Source of the DNA: an uncultured virus (IMG/VR IMGVR_UViG_3300001605_000010)
Taxonomy: Duplodnaviria; Heunggongvirae; Uroviricota; Caudoviricetes
Strand: one strand, 5' to 3'
DNA: 64,000 bases
Virus record (IMG/VR): IMGVR_UViG_3300001605_000010
Coordinates: 1-64,000 of that record
Shown piece after piece: positions 59,851 to 64,000 of the stretch (positions within the stretch are counted from its first letter, which is position 1; the number at the start of each line of letters is the position of its first letter). Under the pieces are notes generated by a model, which saw only the letters and a list, made by a program, of their open reading frames with translations, was not told the origin of the DNA and made no database searches. Both the position numbers and the translations under genes were made by a program.

Positions 59851-60032
59851 TGCTTTTCTTCGAAAAAGGTTGGTAGTTTTTTATATTCGTCTTCTAACCA
59901 CGATTTTAACATGTAGAGTTCGTGTTTGCAAGCCGCGCTTGTCCATCCGTCATTGTATGGACTGGCTATCTCGCGGAGGCTGGCTGAGATGGCTCGAGAA
60001 GCCTCCGCAAGATCAGGTTTTTGGAATCCCAT
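59808..60032 (-). CDS. Hypothetical protein
   Basis: SPYNDGW...CKHELY. Confidence 0.65.
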   Translation of the reverse strand: MGFQKPDLAEASRAISASLREIASPYNDGWTSAACKHELYMLKSWLEDEYKKLPTFFEEKQWEQERLIQKLKQP

Positions 60033-61723
60033 TATGTGTTTTTTTCTAGTATCGATAATTCAGGAAATACATCCAACAAATGAGTACCATGATATCGATC
60101 TAGACGATCAGCATGATGCCAGAACTGTTTTTTATCAAAAACTCCATCTATTTCGATATATTTTACTATTGATTCAAAAGATGATGCACTACGGCCGGAA
60201 TCTCCCTGATCATTGATCCACTTCAAATGCTTAAGGTATTTGGATTTAATTTCTTGTTTAAGATTGTCAGGCGCATTTTTCAAACAAAGGTATGACGGTT
60301 CGGATAAGATGTTGATATCAAAATCTTGTATTCCAATCAACCCTTGTTCGACCCAAGATCTATGAAAGTCTGGAAGATGTAATGCATTGATAATATTGAT
60401 AGTTGGGGTAATAAAAAAATAAACATCGGGACACTGTTCTTTAATTGCCAATCTGTTTTCTAAAATAGTCGACCATTTACTCAGCGATCTAATGTATTCG
60501 CCCCTGTCACCTTCGGCATCAAGACTGGCACCAATGACTACATTAGAAAACTGTTTCCAATAATCTAATATATTACGTTTTTTATATTTTAATTGCATGA
60601 GATTGGTGTTGTAAAATAGTTCCAATTCTGTACGATTTTTATCCACCAACAGATCAAGTATATCATAACATTCTTGCATCATCAGTGGCTCACCACCGGT
60701 GAATTTAATAAGATCCATATGATCAATGTGTTTTTTAAATTCCTCAAATAACTTTCCATCATAGTTGGCATCTAATAGAGCTGGAGTGTCTTTTGTGATA
60801 TCGCCGAGCGCAATAGCTATCTGATGCCATGATGAACTATGCTTGACCGAACACGTACGACAAGCCAAATTACAGAGATTGCTAAACTTAAAATGAAGAT
60901 AGTTGATTTCAAATAAATCATGAGTTCCATCAGGAGCAGTCATATCTACTTTTTTAACCCGAGACATCAACATCTGATTGATATAATTTCTATAACTTTT
61001 TTTTCCCAGAGATTCTCCAACATAACATTGTGTACAAGCTTCGTGTTGGCGATTCGCCAACATGTCTTGCCTGATGCGACGCAGGGGCAAATCATTCCAA
61101 ATTTGTTTCAGAGAACTAGATTTTGTGTTTCCCAACACATATCTGCTCTGACAACACGGAAGTACATTGCTGTCAGTATCTACAAACAAATGTCCCCATG
61201 GGGCCAAACAGAAGGTATCACTATTAAACAAAAGATCATAATGTTTGGGACTGATCTGATCAACAGAGAAGTTATCTATTGTATCCACTCTTGTAAAATT
61301 ATATCGGAGCTGGGAAGTACGTGGAATCGATTCCCACGTGCCTTGACATATCGTAGCATCAATGGCCACGCTATCTGAACTGATTTTATCATGAAGCCGT
61401 TGTAGTTCAACAGAAATATTTTTGTTGGTTGTGATTAACCTAATAAAAAAATTAGATATATCTATTTCGTTTAACATAATTTGTATAGCTTCCAACATCA
61501 TACCACAAACAGTATTGTCGTCGTACCAATCATGATTCAATACTATCAGAATGCGTTCGTTGTTATCATAGGAATCTTTCCTGATTTTTTTAAGAGAGTT
61601 ATAAATTTGTATCCAGTCCGGATCAAACATATCAACCAGATCCAAAATATGCACAATAGAAAATGTTTGAGATAGATCTTCAATTGTTGACTTGATGTCT
61701 TTTTCACTGAATGATATTGTCAT
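60032..61723 (-). CDS. Radical SAM protein with upstream SPASM/twitch-like module
   Basis: CLAPW, PCC, CTQC, CNLACRTC, TGGEP. Confidence 0.85.
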   Translation of the reverse strand: MTISFSEKDIKSTIEDLSQTFSIVHILDLVDMFDPDWIQIYNSLKKIRKDSYDNNERILIVLNHDWYDDNTVCGMMLEAIQIMLNEIDISNFFIRLITTNKNISVELQRLHDKISSDSVAIDATICQGTWESIPRTSQLRYNFTRVDTIDNFSVDQISPKHYDLLFNSDTFCLAPWGHLFVDTDSNVLPCCQSRYVLGNTKSSSLKQIWNDLPLRRIRQDMLANRQHEACTQCYVGESLGKKSYRNYINQMLMSRVKKVDMTAPDGTHDLFEINYLHFKFSNLCNLACRTCSVKHSSSWHQIAIALGDITKDTPALLDANYDGKLFEEFKKHIDHMDLIKFTGGEPLMMQECYDILDLLVDKNRTELELFYNTNLMQLKYKKRNILDYWKQFSNVVIGASLDAEGDRGEYIRSLSKWSTILENRLAIKEQCPDVYFFITPTINIINALHLPDFHRSWVEQGLIGIQDFDINILSEPSYLCLKNAPDNLKQEIKSKYLKHLKWINDQGDSGRSASSFESIVKYIEIDGVFDKKQFWHHADRLDRYHGTHLLDVFPELSILEKNT

Positions 61724-61817
61724 ATTTGTTCCCGATCTGTGCGATAAATTTTTCTAACTATTGGTTTTATTTCAGCAGGCACACATTATAAGTTGAATTT
61801 GAAATGGGCAAAGCACA

Positions 61818-63473
61818 TTATATTTTTGGTAAAAATTCTAATTCCGGAAAAGTAGTCAACAACTCGGTATGATGATATCGATCCAAGGCATCGACGTTGA
61901 TCCAGAAATCATTTGCATCAAACTCAGCATTGTTTTCAATATAAGACAAAATACTACGGAATCCGTATACTGCCCTTCCTAGTTTATCTCTAGGAATCAA
62001 CCACTCAAGATGCTTTTCGTAAACTTGTTTGATTCTTTTTTTCATTTCTGGCGGACTTTTATCGACTCTCAAATAACAAGGATCAAACAAAATCTGTAAG
62101 TTAAAGTCTTCTGGTTTTATGAGATCTTGCTCTACCCAAGATCTATGGAAATCTGGAAGGTGTAAAACATTTAAAATACTGGTAGTGGCAGAAACATAAA
62201 AATCAATATGTGGGCATTGGTTGATCATTGCTCGACGATTTTCCAGAACATCTTGCCAATCTAGCCCTTGTCTTAGATATTCTCCGCGTTGATTTTCTCC
62301 ATCTAGGCTAGCACCAATAGATACTCTCGGAAATCTCTTCCACAGATCAAGCAATGATTTATTTTTTAATACTAGCCTAGACATGTTGATGTTGTAGCAG
62401 AGATGCACATCGTTTTGTCCACGAGAATCCAGTATTTCCAGGATCTCGTAAAATTTTTCAATCATCGAAGGCTCGCCACCGGCAAAATATATTTTTTTGA
62501 CATGATCTACGTGCTGTATGATCTGATCAAACAGATCGTTGTCATCACGTCCGGCAATCAAAATGGGAGATCGCTTTTGTTTAATGAGTCCAAGATTTTC
62601 TGCTGGTTGATACCACGAGGATGATGAGCCTGGCCCGCAACTCCTGCAGGTTAGATTGCAGAGATTATTATATCTTATGTCCCAGTAACCTAGCTCAAAT
62701 TGAGCTAAGTTTCCACTAACTTCGGTTAAATCCACTAGATTTATTTTGTCTAATAGAGTTCGATTGCTAGATTTCCGTAAAGTATCCCGACCCATTGCTT
62801 CTTTTTCATAACATCGAATACATTCTTTGACTGGGATTCCGGATAACATATCTTGTCTGACTTTTTTCCAGGCACTTGAATTGAATATTTCAGACAGAGA
62901 TTGTTTCGAGGTGTTGCCCAAGGAGCCTTGGAATTCACAACAAGGTCTTGTACGATTATTGGGTTCGATGTTGATCCCTGTCCAAGCCAACATGCAAAAA
63001 TATTTATTTTCAAATAATAACTTACGCTGATCGTCACGTAGTTTGGAGATTTTCTCTGCATCGTTTTTGATACTAGCGTACTTAGAAAAAATCTCCGGTT
63101 CGTCACTGTTTTGTATTGTGTATTCGCCACGGCATTGATAAAGATGAAAAGGTATCTTATCAAAACTTATGTTGTCCAGCACATGTCTATAATCGTTCTC
63201 GATGTTGGGGTTGGTGGTGACTAGACAAACAAAAAAATTGGATATATCAACGTCGTTGATGATTGATTGTAGATTTTGTAGAGTCTGCCCTGGGTAACTG
63301 GTATCTTTGGTTATTACAAATACTATTCGTTGATGGTTTTTAAACGAATCTCGATGTAAACTTTTAATTTTTATATAAAGATTGACAATCGACTGATTGT
63401 CACAATTAATCACTTCTAACACATCAAAATCATTGGATAATTTTGATGTGCATTCTTCTACAGTAGGTTTCAT
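61818..63473 (-). CDS. Radical SAM protein, tandem paralog of 60032..61723
   Basis: CMLAW, PCC, CIRC, CNLTCRSC, AGGEP. Confidence 0.85.
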   Translation of the reverse strand: MKPTVEECTSKLSNDFDVLEVINCDNQSIVNLYIKIKSLHRDSFKNHQRIVFVITKDTSYPGQTLQNLQSIINDVDISNFFVCLVTTNPNIENDYRHVLDNISFDKIPFHLYQCRGEYTIQNSDEPEIFSKYASIKNDAEKISKLRDDQRKLLFENKYFCMLAWTGINIEPNNRTRPCCEFQGSLGNTSKQSLSEIFNSSAWKKVRQDMLSGIPVKECIRCYEKEAMGRDTLRKSSNRTLLDKINLVDLTEVSGNLAQFELGYWDIRYNNLCNLTCRSCGPGSSSSWYQPAENLGLIKQKRSPILIAGRDDNDLFDQIIQHVDHVKKIYFAGGEPSMIEKFYEILEILDSRGQNDVHLCYNINMSRLVLKNKSLLDLWKRFPRVSIGASLDGENQRGEYLRQGLDWQDVLENRRAMINQCPHIDFYVSATTSILNVLHLPDFHRSWVEQDLIKPEDFNLQILFDPCYLRVDKSPPEMKKRIKQVYEKHLEWLIPRDKLGRAVYGFRSILSYIENNAEFDANDFWINVDALDRYHHTELLTTFPELEFLPKI

Positions 63474-63838
63474 CAGCCCGAGACTGCATCAGAAATAGTG
63501 TCGTCTGATCCCGGATAGTCGTTTGATACCAATAAGATATCTCGTGGATCGATCCTGCGTATAGTGCGAATACCCGAATCGTCCTCGATGTCTAGACCGC
63601 GAGTCCAGCGGCCGTGCGATACACAGATCCATTGTCCTGGTTGGACGTCTTTCTGTTCTGGGCCCACTGCATAGATCCGACCCCATCGTGGTCGGATTCC
63701 TGTCGATTTGCCATTGTCACTGGCGAGTATGATTCCTGAGCTGAGTTGACGGCCTTTGAATTCCATGTCTTCTACTATGACATTGTCGTTGAGTGCTCGG
63801 AGTGAGTTTATTCGAGTAGGGGCAAATGCTGGTTTCAT
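63473..63838 (-). CDS. groES: Co-chaperonin GroES-like
   Basis: SSGIIL, RWGRIYAVGP, HGRWTRG; GAGGA RBS. Confidence 0.8.
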   Translation of the reverse strand: MKPAFAPTRINSLRALNDNVIVEDMEFKGRQLSSGIILASDNGKSTGIRPRWGRIYAVGPEQKDVQPGQWICVSHGRWTRGLDIEDDSGIRTIRRIDPRDILLVSNDYPGSDDTISDAVSG

Positions 63839-63848
63839 TGATTCCTCT

Positions 63849-64000
63849 TTAGATTTTACTGACGCCTTCGGCGTTTTGAGCGATTTCTTGTGCTGTACGG
63901 ATGGGTTCTTGCTTGATCTGTCGTGCTCGAGCAATGGCCGCTGCCAGCCCCGATGTTTCGGGCTCAATCGAGGATTTTTCAGGAACAACAACAGATGTTG
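63849..64000 (-). CDS. 3' end of hypothetical protein (partial)
   Basis: ...GLAAAIARARQIKQEPIRTAQEIAQNAEGVSKI*. Confidence 0.5.
   Translation of the reverse strand, partial: TSVVVPEKSSIEPETSGLAAAIARARQIKQEPIRTAQEIAQNAEGVSKI

Noticed and set aside
1..64000. CRISPR arrays, rRNA, tRNA, IS elements, integrase
   Set aside because: No regularly spaced repeats or diagnostic motifs seen by eye.
1..64000. Numerous plus-strand ORFs in the ORF track
   Set aside because: Antisense shadows of well-supported minus-strand genes, lacking motifs and RBS. Only 36128..36808, 37075..37380 and phoH were accepted.

Overview
This window is a segment of a large T4-related (jumbo-type) dsDNA phage genome, with nearly all genes on the minus strand. 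Replication genes: family B DNA polymerase, sliding clamp, RFC-like clamp loader, RNase H and a DsbA-like protein. DNA modification: a dispersed 7-deazaguanine pathway (folE, queD, queE, a DpdA-type transglycosylase and a DpdL-like T-fold protein; no queC in the window), interleaved with a large NDP-sugar/glycosyltransferase/C-methyltransferase cluster. Auxiliary genes include ahcY, dps, phoH, def, dnaJ, clpA, groES, an APS-kinase-like fusion and radical SAM paralogs, plus lysis genes. The most notable observations are: (1) a ~14 kb late cluster of enzyme/effector genes sharing an N-terminal MRAxEFxxE tag that resembles the T4 capsid-targeting sequence, including multi-domain polyproteins with candidate prohead-protease sites; (2) an unannotated ~160-nt structured RNA with its own sigma70 promoter (1240-1401); (3) pseudoknot-type RNA elements upstream of queD and folE and next to ahcY; (4) apparent strong GATC enrichment; (5) pervasive leaderless transcripts. 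Several frameshifts and N bases look like sequencing errors. All calls come from motif recognition by eye; no database search was run.
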